Position numbers and translations under genes: made by a program. This document shows positions 12,274 to 24,600 of a stretch of DNA of 64,000 bases, one piece after another. The DNA is from Amphiscolops sp. MND2022. Lineage: Eukaryota. Location of the stretch: NCBI GenBank assembly GCA_964187785.1, contig OZ076413.1:43464001-43528000 (forward strand), in the 5' to 3' direction. A model generated the notes under the pieces. The model had not been told where the DNA came from and did not search any database. It worked only from the letters and a program-made list of their open reading frames with translations. Numbering within the stretch: position 1 is the stretch's first letter; each line of letters starts with the position of its first letter.

Positions 12274-15200
12274 ATGCAGTCGTCTGATGGAGCAACATCA
12301 ACAACAACTCCTTCAACTTCTCAGCAATCCGTTGTAACTTTTGTTTGCAGTAAATGTGGAAAAGAGTTTTCGCGCAAGTACAATAGAAACCGACATGAAA
12401 AGACACATGACAAGGATGATTTACACTGTGGACAGTGGAACTACTTTGCAAAAAGTAGCCAAGACCTCACTCAACACTCATAAATCTTTGAAGCATGTGA
12501 AAAAGAAAAACTTCAAATGTGGCTACTGTGATTCAACCTTTGCAACAATGCTCAAATTGCAACAACATACACATACCGAACATGAAATGTTAAAATCACC
12601 AAACTCTCAACTGAACGATGCCCAATTTGGGAACGATGAACCACTGAAAGAACTTGTTCGTAGAAAGAGACATATTATGGGGGATCAAATTGTTTTGCTA
12701 CCCCACCAAACAACTGTCAATTTTCTTTTGAAGGATGAAGGGGTTGATAGTATTTGTAATGTACTCGATGAAGCTTTTGCAAAAATAACTAGGGTACCCA
12801 AAATGAATGTCAGTTTTGGATACATTCTCTCAAACAACGAAACTGGCGAATATCGCTACTACTACTACTCAAGTGACAATACAACAGTCTTACCCAAACC
12901 AAAGCTAGTAGAAAACTTTGAACAATTCAAACTGTTAAAACAAGACATTTTCAGCACTGACTTTATTGAAAAATTTACAAACTTTCGCGACAGCACAAAA
13001 TGGACTTTCTTCTGTTTAACCAACGTCTCTCTACATGCCACACACTTGTCACGTCTACCAATGGAAAGCACCGATCAAGTTGTGATAGATATTCCGGATT
13101 TCATCAAATTCTCGAGGAGTGTGTGGACACTTACCCACAACAAATCTACAAAAAGAAGGCTTAATGATAATCTTTGCGTTTTTCGTGCCTTGGCTGCCTT
13201 TCAACAAAATTCCATGCATGGATTGGAATCTAAAACAATGGAGCTTTTCCAAATGTACATTCGCGGAGTGCAAAAGAACGTTCAAGATTTCACCGGTATT
13301 GAGCTGACGGACCTGCCAGACGTTGAAAAGTTTTGTTCTTGCGCCATCCGAGTGTTTTCAGCTGAACTAGATGTACACAATGTAGTAAAAGGTGAATTGT
13401 TATACCGAAGTAGAACGTTGAAAATGGACATGCAATCCAACGTTGTTGATCTGCTTCTAGTCGATAATCACACTTGTCTAATCCGAAATCTAAACGTATT
13501 TTTTCGACAATTCAAGTGCATCAAGTGTGAACAGTACTTTTCAGGTCTGTTTGAATTGAATCGCCATCTAAAGTCATGCTCGGAAAAGTCAGATCACTCC
13601 TATCCAGGTGGGAAATATACGCCTACTGACACTTTTTTCACGACGCTAGAGACCGTGTTTGATGTTTGTGTTCCGCATGAGCACAGATTCTACAAGTCTT
13701 TTGTTACTTTTGATTTTGAATCCATTTTGAGACAAAAGTCATCATCACAGCAAACAAATGGATTTGATACCAACCAAGATGATTGTTTCATCAAAACGAA
13801 AAATTGGAGTTTACTCATCAACATATTCCCGTATCGGTTGCAGTATATCAAAACATTACAACAGACGAATCGGCTGCAAAGTGGTTAGTGGAAAAAGACC
13901 CTAACGGTTTGGTAGACAAGTTTGTAGACTATTTAATGGACTTGTCCCTCAAAAATATCTCTCACCAGCGACAAAAACTTTTACCCTATCTAGAACAAAT
14001 TGATGAAATGTTATTAGAATTTGAACCAGATGACACCATGGGAGAGAACACACACTCAGATGATGAAGGAGCTGCTCTAAACGAAACCACTACCGCTACT
14101 ACTACTGTATCCAGCACACAGCAGAGATTGCACAGATTCCTGAAAAGAACACGAACGCAGTTCTTACAATACATTGACCAGCTACCAATTGTTGGTTTCA
14201 ATAGTGGATTCTACGATTTGAACTTGATAAAGTCATACCTTTTAAAGTCTCTGCAGCGTTTCCTTAGCTTGTCATCCATCAAGTGTATTAAACGAAATAC
14301 TCGCTTCTTAATCCTTTCAACACCAAACCTGCGCTTCATGGACTGTAGTCATTTTGTTGCAGCTGGTACATCATTAGACAAGTTTTTGAAAGCCTATGGT
14401 AGCGAAGTCAGCAAGTTTTTCTTTCCTTACGAACATCTAACCAGTTTTGAAATTTTACAAGAAACTTCATTGCCACCCTACGAAGCATTCTTTTCCTCAC
14501 TGAAGAATGAAAACGTTTTGGAGAACGAGATTAACAGTTTTGTTCGGAATGGAGGCAGCCTCACTGATCCAAGTAGACCAAAGACAGGGTTGGAAGTATA
14601 TGAGGACATTAAACAAACATGGGACCACGAAGGGTTTCAAACAATGATGGAATATTTACAATATTACAATAACCTTGATGTTTATCCCCTCCACAAGGCT
14701 GTGACCAAAATGGCCCAATTCTATGAAAAACACTCGATTGACTTGCTGAAGGAAACTCTAACACTCAGTGGCGCCGCCAACAAAATTTTACATCGATCAA
14801 ACAAAGGCGAAGGAATATTTTTGTTCAATTATAAACACAAGGATTTGTATCAAAGTGTTCGACACAACATTGTTGGAGGGCCAAGTGTAGTGTTTAGTCG
14901 TTACGAAAAAATTAATGAAACTGCCATCAATGATGAAATAGTCAAATCAATAGTTGGTTATGATGCCAACGCTTTGTATTTATCTGCTATTGGTGGGAAC
15001 ATGCCAACTGGACCTTTTTCTCATTATGTGTGCAACAGTGAAAACGCTCTAGTTTCCGAAAAAAAAATAAATTTTTACAAGCTGAACGACAGTATGTTGC
15101 TTTTATCTCCAAACAACATCACGACCAAAACCCAAGTTGTTCAGTCACCACTCGTTTCACAAATATGCGCCACCAAGTTAGAACACTCGTTCCCGATGCT

Positions 15201-16762
15201 ACTTGTGTGTCCTGTAAAACTGTTTGGGAATTTATGGGATGTTATCATCACGCTCATGACTGTATGAGTTTGGTTAGTTGACAAAATTTTAATTTTGAAA
15301 CAATGAACCGTACACTTTTTTCTGAAGTGCTTCAAACTGCTAAATGTTTCAGCCGCCTCTAATTCATGGAAAAACACCGGCGAAAATACGTGAAAATGAA
15401 AAGGAGCGTACGGAAGTTATTCTAAATGCAGGTTACCGTGTGATTGAGCAATGGGAGTGTCAATGGAATCAGCCTAAAGAAACAGACCCCGAAATAAAAG
15501 AGTTTGTGAGAAAATTTGATTGTCTACCACAAAAGTTTTCAACGTTGGAGACTTTTCTCAATGCAGTTCTGAAAGAAAAAGTCTATGGAATAGCTGAAAT
15601 TGACATCCACGTTCCAGATCACTTGAAGGAACACTTTAAAGAACTTCCACCCATCTTCAAAAATACAACTGTCGAAAGGCAACATCTTTCCGCGGAAATG
15701 CAAGATTATGCCAGAGAGTTCGGTTTGATGAAAAACGGTTGGAAATGTCTTGTCGCCAGCTACTTTGGAGAAAAGATAATTTTATCTACCGACTACATCA
15801 AGTGGTGTTTAGAACATGGTTTGGTTGTTACAAAATGCTACCAGTTTCTTTGTTACAAAAAAGCACAACCCTTCAAAGATTTTTTGGATTTTGTAACAGA
15901 AAACAGACGTCGAGGAGATGTAGACAAGTCGCTCAGTGTGATTGCAGAAACATCCAAACTTATTGGAAACAGCGCATATGGCATCCAACTCATAAACAAA
16001 TCAAAATTTCAAAACACGCTTTTTGTTGATGAAAGAAAAGTTGATCAAAAAATCAATTCCCCGAAATTCCGGTCCTATGACATTGTGGATGAAAAAATAT
16101 ACGAAACTAACATGGCTTAAAGAAAAATTGTGCACGATGAACCCATTCTCGTTGGTTTTACAGTACTAAACAATGGAAAACAAAGAATGTTGGAGTTTCG
16201 TTACGACTTTCTCGGCAGAATTATGAGACCAAGGTCTTTTCGGGCTATGGAGATGGACACCGACTCTTTCTACATGGCTTTGACAGAAAACGACCTCTTC
16301 GATTGTTTCACTGAGGCTGCAAAGACACAAATGCAAGAAAATTCAAAGCATTATCATGAAGAAGAAGATTGCTATCTACCAAATGCTCAACTGAATTTTC
16401 TAACACGAAGCTGCTGTAAAGAACACGGTGCAATGGATAAAAGAACACCTGGATTTTTCAAAATTGAATGGAAAGGAACGGAAATGATTTGTCTCAACAG
16501 CAAAACCTACTGTGCATTTAACGAAAACAACAAAAAGATGAAAATGGCTCTCAAGGGAAGCAACAAAAATCTAGAGTCGCCATTGGAAAGATTTAAATCT
16601 GTCTTGTTCAACAAAGTGCCCTACGAAGGAACTAACAAGGGATTTCGCTACTACCGAGGAAACATGTTCACATATAAACAAAACAAAATGTCTATAACAT
16701 ATTTTTATTACAAACGATTTGTGCATGCTGATGGTGTTACAACATCCTCAATAAATGTATAA
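12274..16762 (+). pseudogene. Protein-primed DNA polymerase B with N-terminal C2H2 fingers and Vsr-like nuclease insertion; 80-nt intron 15273-15352
   Basis: ExoI FDFES, ExoII GFNSGFYD, ExoIII YNNLDV, IVGGPS, YDANALY, KLIGNSAYG, MDTDS; WEFMGCYHH..WEC insertion; frameshifts ~12480, ~13800, ~15060, stop 16118. Confidence 0.93.
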
Positions 16763-16854
16763 CGTAACTCTGAAGTTTTTTCTCTATAAAACTGGTTTGA
16801 ATATATTTGTTTTTTTTCTTTCAGTTTCGACGAAAGCTCATAAACTTTTCAGAA

Positions 16855-17679
16855 ATGGCTAACAATGAATGGACACCACCGACTCGAAAAAATACAACTG
16901 TTCCTCCTACTGTTTTTCGCAAAGAGAAGAAGAGGACGAAACAAGCAATTATTGGTTTAGGTAAAAATTTAAACATAATCCAACCGGAGGTGAAATATAG
17001 TCCAATTGCGAGTTTGTATTAATGATGTTTCAGACACACCTCTTGGTGATGACAGCACAGTTAGTCAAAAAAATACTGCCCCTAACAGTAACAAACAAAA
17101 TAAAGTGTTGTTTCCGGACGATGCTGCGGAATACCAAGCTGATGAATCAGAAAGGAACCTTTTGGAGAAATTGTTCATAGAGGATGATAAAAACAAGGTC
17201 GCATGGTACTTTGAGGATGATAAAGCTGATGGTAACAACAAGCCATCCACAAGTAGCTATCTTGAACAAAGTTTAAAGGTAATCTTTGCTTTTTCTTGCT
17301 GTAAAAGTCTCTGACATGGACAAGGTTAATTTTGCTTTAGAACACTGATAATTTGAACATGGAGGAGCTTGAATTGCTGAAAAAAGTGGAACTGCTCGAA
17401 GACAAAGTTTCAAAAGCTACAACCTCAGATTTAGAGGTACAAGTGATGTTAACTGACTTTTGTCCTCTGTGAGTATTCAATTCACGAATGTTTGTAAAGC
17501 TTTTTACTTTTATTCAGAAAATGCAAAGCAAAACTTGCACGTTTGCTGAATTATTTCCTGACATGGTTGACTCGTCGGGAGAGCCCTTGCTAACAATGGA
17601 AGACTTAGAGACTGCAAAAACGCTTGCTCAACAGTTTGAATTAGCGTCTCGGAAAAGAAAAAATCCGTCAGATTCGTGA
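16855..17679 (+). CDS. Four-exon hypothetical protein (~202 aa); exons 16855-16960, 17034-17278, 17341-17436, 17518-17679
   Basis: Three GT..AG introns (73, 62, 81 nt) join into one stop-free frame ending in RKRK. Confidence 0.7.
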
Positions 17680-17775
17680 AAAAGGTTAAAAGAGTTTAAA
17701 AATTTTGGTTTTCATGTTCACCCAGAAATCATGAAAATATTATTCTTTCCAGGTTTTTCGACATTATCATACAAA

Positions 17776-17991
17776 CTACTCATCATCAATCATCCAGTCT
17801 TGCAAAATGTCGTCAATTTGTTGAACCTGATCCAGCCATGACAACAAGCGTTCAAACAGTTCTACAACCTCAACATTGAGATGCATCAGACCATCATCAC
17901 CATCATCATCTTCGTCAAATGACACCATTGAATTATAACCGCTGTCTGTTGCAAGACTGTCCGAATCATTGCTCAAATTCTCAATATCCAT
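17776..17991 (-). CDS. Small acidic hypothetical protein
   Basis: 71-aa ATG ORF, D/E rich, near element end. Confidence 0.35.
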   Translation of the reverse strand: MDIENLSNDSDSLATDSGYNSMVSFDEDDDGDDGLMHLNVEVVELFERLLSWLDQVQQIDDILQDWMIDDE

Positions 17992-18295
17992 AAATCTCTA
18001 AATTCAAAGTAGTATTCACGAAAACACAAATGTAGAGAATTTACACTTTTCGCTTTGAACCATCAGTGTTTTTTTGCCGAAAAGTAGCCCTTGCACAAAT
18101 ACTAGGAAAGAATATTGAGGATGTGCTGAGGCTCAAACCTGGATACCAACAGATCCCACTAGAAGGAAGAAGGCAAGATAATTAGGATTTGTGCAAAGTA
18201 CTACTTTATCACCCAGCAAACTAACTACTTTTAGACTCAGTTTTTGCTTGGCTCATGGAAAAAACCATTCCATTTTTGTTAGTCGCTCTTTTTCG

Positions 18296-18457
18296 TCAAC
18301 CAATGAAATGCAATGATTGGTGACGTTATTCCAAATGTTTTTGCATTCGGCTATGTCTTTGTGTCGCAATCATGACGTCATTTGGAGTCTGCGTTATGAC
18401 CATATTTGGTTACTCACTCAACCCCCACCGCTTATAATACTACGTACTTTTACTACT
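18296..18457. promoter_or_regulatory. Putative Polinton right terminus with promoter-like motifs
   Basis: CCAAT boxes, TGACGTCA (18373), CArG CCATATTTGG (18400), terminal ACTACT (18452-18457). Confidence 0.5.
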
Positions 18458-18750
18458 GCCCAGGCTTGAGTATAGACTATAGTCTCCTGCCCAGGCAACC
18501 TAAGCCCTGACCCTACTGAACGTCAACGCAAGATGGTGGTAGAGCGCAATTGCGCAGTTCATAAAGTTGAGCCCGGACTTGGATCTATCAGGAATGACAA
18601 ACTCCAGCAAACATGTTCCAAGCTTTCAGGACCCAGTTTGGGACCGAGATCAAGGAAATACCTCTATGGTCTCTTGGCGTATCAACTATAACAGGGATAA
18701 CGCGGAGCCAAGGTGCAAACGTGGACGCACGACACAACCACTGCACCGGG

Positions 18751-20493
18751 TGTCGCGGGCTGCCGCCTGCGACGGCAATTGGTACTCAGTCGGCTACAAC
18801 TACAATACTCTCCCTGGTACCCTCCCAATGAACTGAGGAATGGACTATTAGTCCAAAAGTCTAAGAAGACAAACTATAAACTTATCTTATTGTGATTGAT
18901 TTCGCATATGTTTATGTAAGTATATCATTTTATTCGGGGCTTTTATATTAATGAAGTTTGAAACGATTTGGAATAATTATCCGGAATTAGCCATGTAAAG
19001 TATGTAGTTGAAAATTGAATATAGTGTATTAATACATGTATAACAGTGATAGATATATACCACGGCTGAGAAATTGGACACCAAGGCGTACAGGTAAAGG
19101 AAACGAGTTCAAATGTTTCCTTTCCTGTCTCGCTAGACGCGCTGTCCGTCCAATTTCTCAACCAATCACAGTGCATTGTTCATTTGCTCGCTCCTGTGCT
19201 GTATTCTAAATTAAAGGACTCAAGGGCCACACGCCACCACAACGACGCTACTCTTGTATTAAATAAGGACGCGTGGACACTGAGTCCAAAGTAGAATAAA
19301 AGAAGTGCGTATATTGAAATTGATAATGTACTATCTCAGAAGCGGTATATTTACTCTGATTGGAGACCTGTCACCTTGTTTACAAAAGGACCATTAGTCC
19401 TTCCCCCCCCTCTTTTGTGTTCTCTTATTTTCCAGAACTTCCTGGATAGAAAGTCAAAACGGGCTGTTTGTATCTTAAAAAGCCATAAAGGACAGCTCAA
19501 TGTTCATACACCATCTTTGCATGTATTTATTTCATATGATTTAGCATGTATTGTTTTACATGAAGTGTTGCTACTGAAACTTGATTGGATGACCTGAAGG
19601 GGCACATGTACATCTTTGAATGTAACTACTTCATATATGTAGAAGCACGTAAATCAATTACGTCATAGTTGTTGCTATTTTTAGTATTATGATAATATAC
19701 TTGTAAAGACACGTTGTATGTTGTGTCTATTTTTAGAATACCTGTTACTAAAATTAGACTGATGACTACCACTTTTATGCATGTCATGTTTAGTTGATTA
19801 TAAATAACCGGGACCCGTGGTCCTGGGGACGTAATCTTCATACGAATAGTCACAGTCAAGTTCGCTGTTATAATACCGAATACAATATTATTTGCAAGCT
19901 TAAAGATTTCAATTTAAATTCTTTCCTCTTGCAACAATCTCTCATGCCTTCTACGAGACGTCAAAAGGCGAAAACTAGAAAGTCTAGAGAAATGGACATG
20001 ATGTCCGATATGGACAACTTGGACGTAATGTTAGGTAATGGGAGTGAAAATCCTATAGAGAGAGAATTAACTGAAGTAATTGAACAATCTTCAGTTCGTA
20101 GTGACAGTGAGGCTAATCTGTACCAAAGGGATGAATATAGAAACTTCTCCCATGAGAATAGTGAATACAGGCAGAACGATGTTAGGCAGTCTTTTGAAAC
20201 TTTCTCAAATGAATTTAATCTTAGACTGTCTCAAGAAATGGATTCCATGATGGCCATGGTACATAGCCAAATAAATAGGGCAATCAGTACTGCCATATCA
20301 GAAAAGGTGCTACCAGAGATTCAAAATATTGTGAGTTCAATGTCTTCCTCTGGGAACAGGGACACTGAGGCTAGTATGTCTCCTAGCAGTCAGGAAAATA
20401 GGGAAAATCCATCCGGCTTGAAAACAAAATTATTGAAAAAGGACTCGCGGTCCGTTGGTGATTTGAGAGACACCACGGGACGTGGCTCTTACA
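18751..20493 (+). repeat. 5' LTR (1743 bp)
   Basis: Direct repeat of 32789-34531 at offset 14038. Confidence 0.96.
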
Positions 20494-21629
20494 TGGTGAC
20501 AGGAGCTAACGAAGCCCAACAGCCTATACCTGAATTTCTCACTGGACGAATCCACTCAATCCCGAACCTAGAGAGACAGCAATCTAACCACAATGTCTCT
20601 TTGGACACCACTCTGCCAGCGCCAGAACCAGAGGTCACAGAGCCGCCTCAGGACCCGCTCAATAGATTGGCTGATGTACTAGTCAATTTGCAAAATAAAC
20701 CCCAAACGATGACTATCCGACCTGTCCAAACGACACCTATGACGTTTGACGGAAAGAGTGAGAAATTCGAACTCTTTGAAGATTTGTTCCACACAATGAT
20801 CAAAATGCAACCGGCCATGACAGAGCAAATGAAAATAAACCATTTTCACTCATTGCTCAGAAAAGGGGCCCTGCAGACCTTCAGGAACATAAATTCAATT
20901 AACCGCCAAACACTCGAGGATGTGCTAATCATATTCCGGAGAAAATACGTCAAACCGGAATCCCAAGCAACGGCAAAACACAAATGGCATCGGCTGACTT
21001 TCGATCCGAATACCATGAAATTGCCGGATTTCTTGGAAGAACTGAACCAGGGGGCAGAAAAAGCTTTCGGCGAAAATGCAAAAAGCATGATTGACAGCTT
21101 TTTATACGCAAAACTGCCTCCAAAATTGAAACGATCTGTCAATATGGCCCGCCTGGAGAACGGGACATATGAAGAAATCGTCGCTCATCTTGAAAGAGAG
21201 CTTGAACTCAACGCATTAGAAGAGTCAGACGATTTGCCAATCGCTACAATGGCCTCTGCGTCCACCAGTAACAACAATTTGCTCTCTAATGGCATAAATA
21301 CTAAAAAGGACGCACAATGCTCTTATTGTAAAGCCACAGGCCACTTCTATAAGAGCTGCCCTAAATTAAAGAAGAAAGAACTGGAGGACAAAAATGGCAA
21401 ACAGCCCCAACGTCCTACATACCCAGAATGCCCTACTTGCGGAAAGAAAAATCACCCTGTGGAAAGATGCTGGAAAGGGGCTGGAGCACATTTACGACCC
21501 AAAAGGACACGTCCTGAGGATAAGGCTGATGACACCTCTGGCGATGAAAAATCGTCCAAAAAGTCAACTAACCCTGAAACTGCATCTTCAAGCCAATCAA
21601 ACTCACGTAAAACGGACTCAAAAAACTAA
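19944..21629 (+). CDS. gag: Gag (starts inside the LTR)
   Basis: Zinc knuckles CSYCKATGHFYKSC and CPTCGKKNHPVERC; FDGKSEKFELF capsid-like motif; first ATG at 19944. Confidence 0.88.
   Translation: MPSTRRQKAKTRKSREMDMMSDMDNLDVMLGNGSENPIERELTEVIEQSSVRSDSEANLYQRDEYRNFSHENSEYRQNDVRQSFETFSNEFNLRLSQEMDSMMAMVHSQINRAISTAISEKVLPEIQNIVSSMSSSGNRDTEASMSPSSQENRENPSGLKTKLLKKDSRSVGDLRDTTGRGSYMVTGANEAQQPIPEFLTGRIHSIPNLERQQSNHNVSLDTTLPAPEPEVTEPPQDPLNRLADVLVNLQNKPQTMTIRPVQTTPMTFDGKSEKFELFEDLFHTMIKMQPAMTEQMKINHFHSLLRKGALQTFRNINSINRQTLEDVLIIFRRKYVKPESQATAKHKWHRLTFDPNTMKLPDFLEELNQGAEKAFGENAKSMIDSFLYAKLPPKLKRSVNMARLENGTYEEIVAHLERELELNALEESDDLPIATMASASTSNNNLLSNGINTKKDAQCSYCKATGHFYKSCPKLKKKELEDKNGKQPQRPTYPECPTCGKKNHPVERCWKGAGAHLRPKRTRPEDKADDTSGDEKSSKKSTNPETASSSQSNSRKTDSKN
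20494..20506 (+). promoter_or_regulatory. Primer binding site
   Basis: TGGTGACAGGAGC immediately after LTR end; tRNA identity uncertain (Leu-like). Confidence 0.75.
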
Positions 21630-21658
21630 TTTCGCCACGACTCCAAATATGTAACAAG

Positions 21659-24600
21659 ATGTCAGTACGACAGTACGTCATATCTGACCCTGCAAACATT
21701 ACATATAAACAAACTCAAAACGACACCACAGGGATGCCATCGACTGTCTGGCAGCAGCAGATGGCCGACGCCCGCAAAGAAACTCAATATATCATTCACA
21801 GTGATCACCCATACCTATATCGACGGAATAGCAATTACAACGACTCCGAAACTCAATTTAGACCCTTACAAACTGTCGAAGATTATAACCCTCAATACTA
21901 TGACCCCGAGTATGGCAAAGACCCGTACTGGGACGACGAACTATATGACAAAATAAATTTACAATTTCGAAACGAAGATTACCCTCCAACTGACGACGAG
22001 GACGACCCAGACATCGAAGACAACACACTGTCTCGGGCCCTCATTGATCTTTGGCAGCCGAACTTTGAGGCAACTATACAAGAAGTAGACGCCATACACA
22101 CACAGGAGGACCACAAGGCTCCTAATAGTCTTTTAGACGAGACAGCCTTCTTACACCTTCTAGTGACCAAAGAAGGAGAATTACCATACGTTCCCCTTTC
22201 AACAAACCTTGGACTTAAATTCAAACGACGAATGCTCTATTTCCCAATGGACTTTGGGGAATTAACTCTAGATGGCCTGATAGACACTGGAGCCCACTCC
22301 AGTGCAATCCCGGAGGCAGACCTCAGGAAAATACGCCTGTTGGCCCCTCAATCCATTGTAAAAGAAGGTCCTGCCCCATCCTTCCAAATAATGGTCGCAA
22401 ATGGAGACTTAGAAACCCCAAAGAGCACAGTCGAACTAAAATTCGAAGTGGGCGACATAGAATTTCACGAAATTTTCATTGTAATGGAAAAACTGTCAAG
22501 CCCCATAATTGGACTAATATTCCTTCAAAGGAACCACACTGTCCTGGACATGCGCCAAGGTATACTCAACTTTCCCTACTTCTCGATGCAACTCAAGACG
22601 GCTGACCATAAATACTCAAATGTTTTGGAATCCATCCTCAATCCTGAGGATGTCACAATTCCGCCCAATGACCATGTGGTCATACCCATTCAATCACAAA
22701 TTTACGCAGAAACTGCAGTTACGGGCATATTGCAACCCAGCGATCTTCTGCACGAGGAAGGCGACATAACCTTCTGTGCCGCCATAGTCACACTACATGA
22801 AGGGGCTACGAGAATACACGTCAACAATTTCACTGATCAACCCTATAAAATAAAGAAAGGGATGCACATTGCAAACTTTTCAGTGATGACCCCTGAACAG
22901 ATGAAACACGTCAGGCCAATAGACCCAGTGTCCACCTGGCACTTACTGAATGAAAATGAAGACGACGCTATTTATTATATTAGTAGCCTTCTTAAAGCTA
23001 ACAGAAATAATGACCAATACGAACAATATTGGTTCCCGACGCCTGAAAACCCAGGGGACGAAATGACCCATACCCCAATACAACAAAGAATTCTCAAAGA
23101 ATTTCGAAACCTGCAAAGTTTAGAACAACTCAACCCGCACGACGATGCGGAATCTCGTCGAAAATTCCTCAGCAACTTTGATTGGAAGGACTCAATGTTA
23201 CAACAACATGAAATCAGACAAATAGAAACTCTATTAGTGGAATTCCATGACATCTTTGCACGCCATAGATTTGACATTGGCGTCAATGAGGAATTTACGG
23301 TCAAACTGACCCCAAAGGACGAGTCGCCTGCTTACAGTCAGAGCCTACCTACTCCGGTCAACCTCAAAGAGGACATATTGGTCGAACTGGCATTACTCCA
23401 TAAATATGGGATTATAACAACATTACCATTCTCGAAGTACGCCAGTCCAATATTTGCGCAGAAAAAACCCAATGGAAAACTGAGACTGTTGGTGGATTTG
23501 CGGAAAATCAATAATCTGATTTCAGATGACTACGTCAATAACAACCACCCAGTCAGCACCTTGACGGATGCGGCGCAACATATGGCAGGCAAAAAGCTCT
23601 TTTGCAAACTCGACTGTTCCCAAGCTTATCATTGCCTTCCTATGGCAGACCAGAAATCGATTGAAATGCTAGCTTTCAACTTCGCCAGCAGGACATTTGC
23701 ATATAGAAGATTGGCCCAAGGACTCAGTAGAGCCCTGTCGGCCTTCTCCAGTTTTATGAGGGAATACCTGGATCGTGTTATAAAAGCAGACCAATGTGCT
23801 CAATATGTGGACGATATCGGTGTCGCGGCGACAGACGCTAACCAGCTTATCGTCAACTTAAGAGCAACGTTCCAATGTATCAGAGAAGCAGGATTGAAAT
23901 TGTCCGTGCACAAGTGCCATTTCGGCGCTACTGAAATTGACTTTCTTGGGAGAACCATTACACCTGAAGGCGTAAAGCCCCAAAAAGAAAGAATCGCTAA
24001 CTTCTTGGAAAAGACGAAATTCCCAAAGTCCAAGAAGGCCTTACAACGCTATATTGGTTTCCTCAATTACTACAGGAATTATATTCCAAGACTATCCGAA
24101 AAACTAGTTCCCTTCTTCCAATTGCTCAAAAAGGATGAAAAGGTACTAGTCACGCAAGAGCTGGTTGAACAATTTAATGCGATCAACCGTGATTTAGACC
24201 GATGTAGTCAATTGGCGTTGAAACAACCTCTGCCGAACAAACAACTGGTCCTCATGACTGACGCAAGTTTTACAGCAGCCGGTTACGCCATATTGACCGA
24301 AGACGACCCAAATCAAAAATACACTTCTGTTAAAAAGTCCTATGCGCCGATTGCATATGGATCCAAAACTTTCACGCCTTCTCAGCTCAAAATGTCGTTA
24401 TATGCAAAGGAATTCCTAGCTATATATTATGCATTTAAGGAGTTTGGACATATCTTCTGGGGAACACCTCAACCCGTGATTATCCTCACAGATAACAAAT
24501 CGGTCACGAGGTTCTTCCAGACAAAGATAATTCCACCGCCTCTCTGGAATGCTTGTGATTTTGTCATTCAATTCAACTTCATTATAGCTCACATTCCAGG

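Noticed and set aside
18567..18895. Short ORFs at the 5' LTR junction
   Set aside because: Chimeras of flank and LTR; rejoined target site gives no recognisable protein
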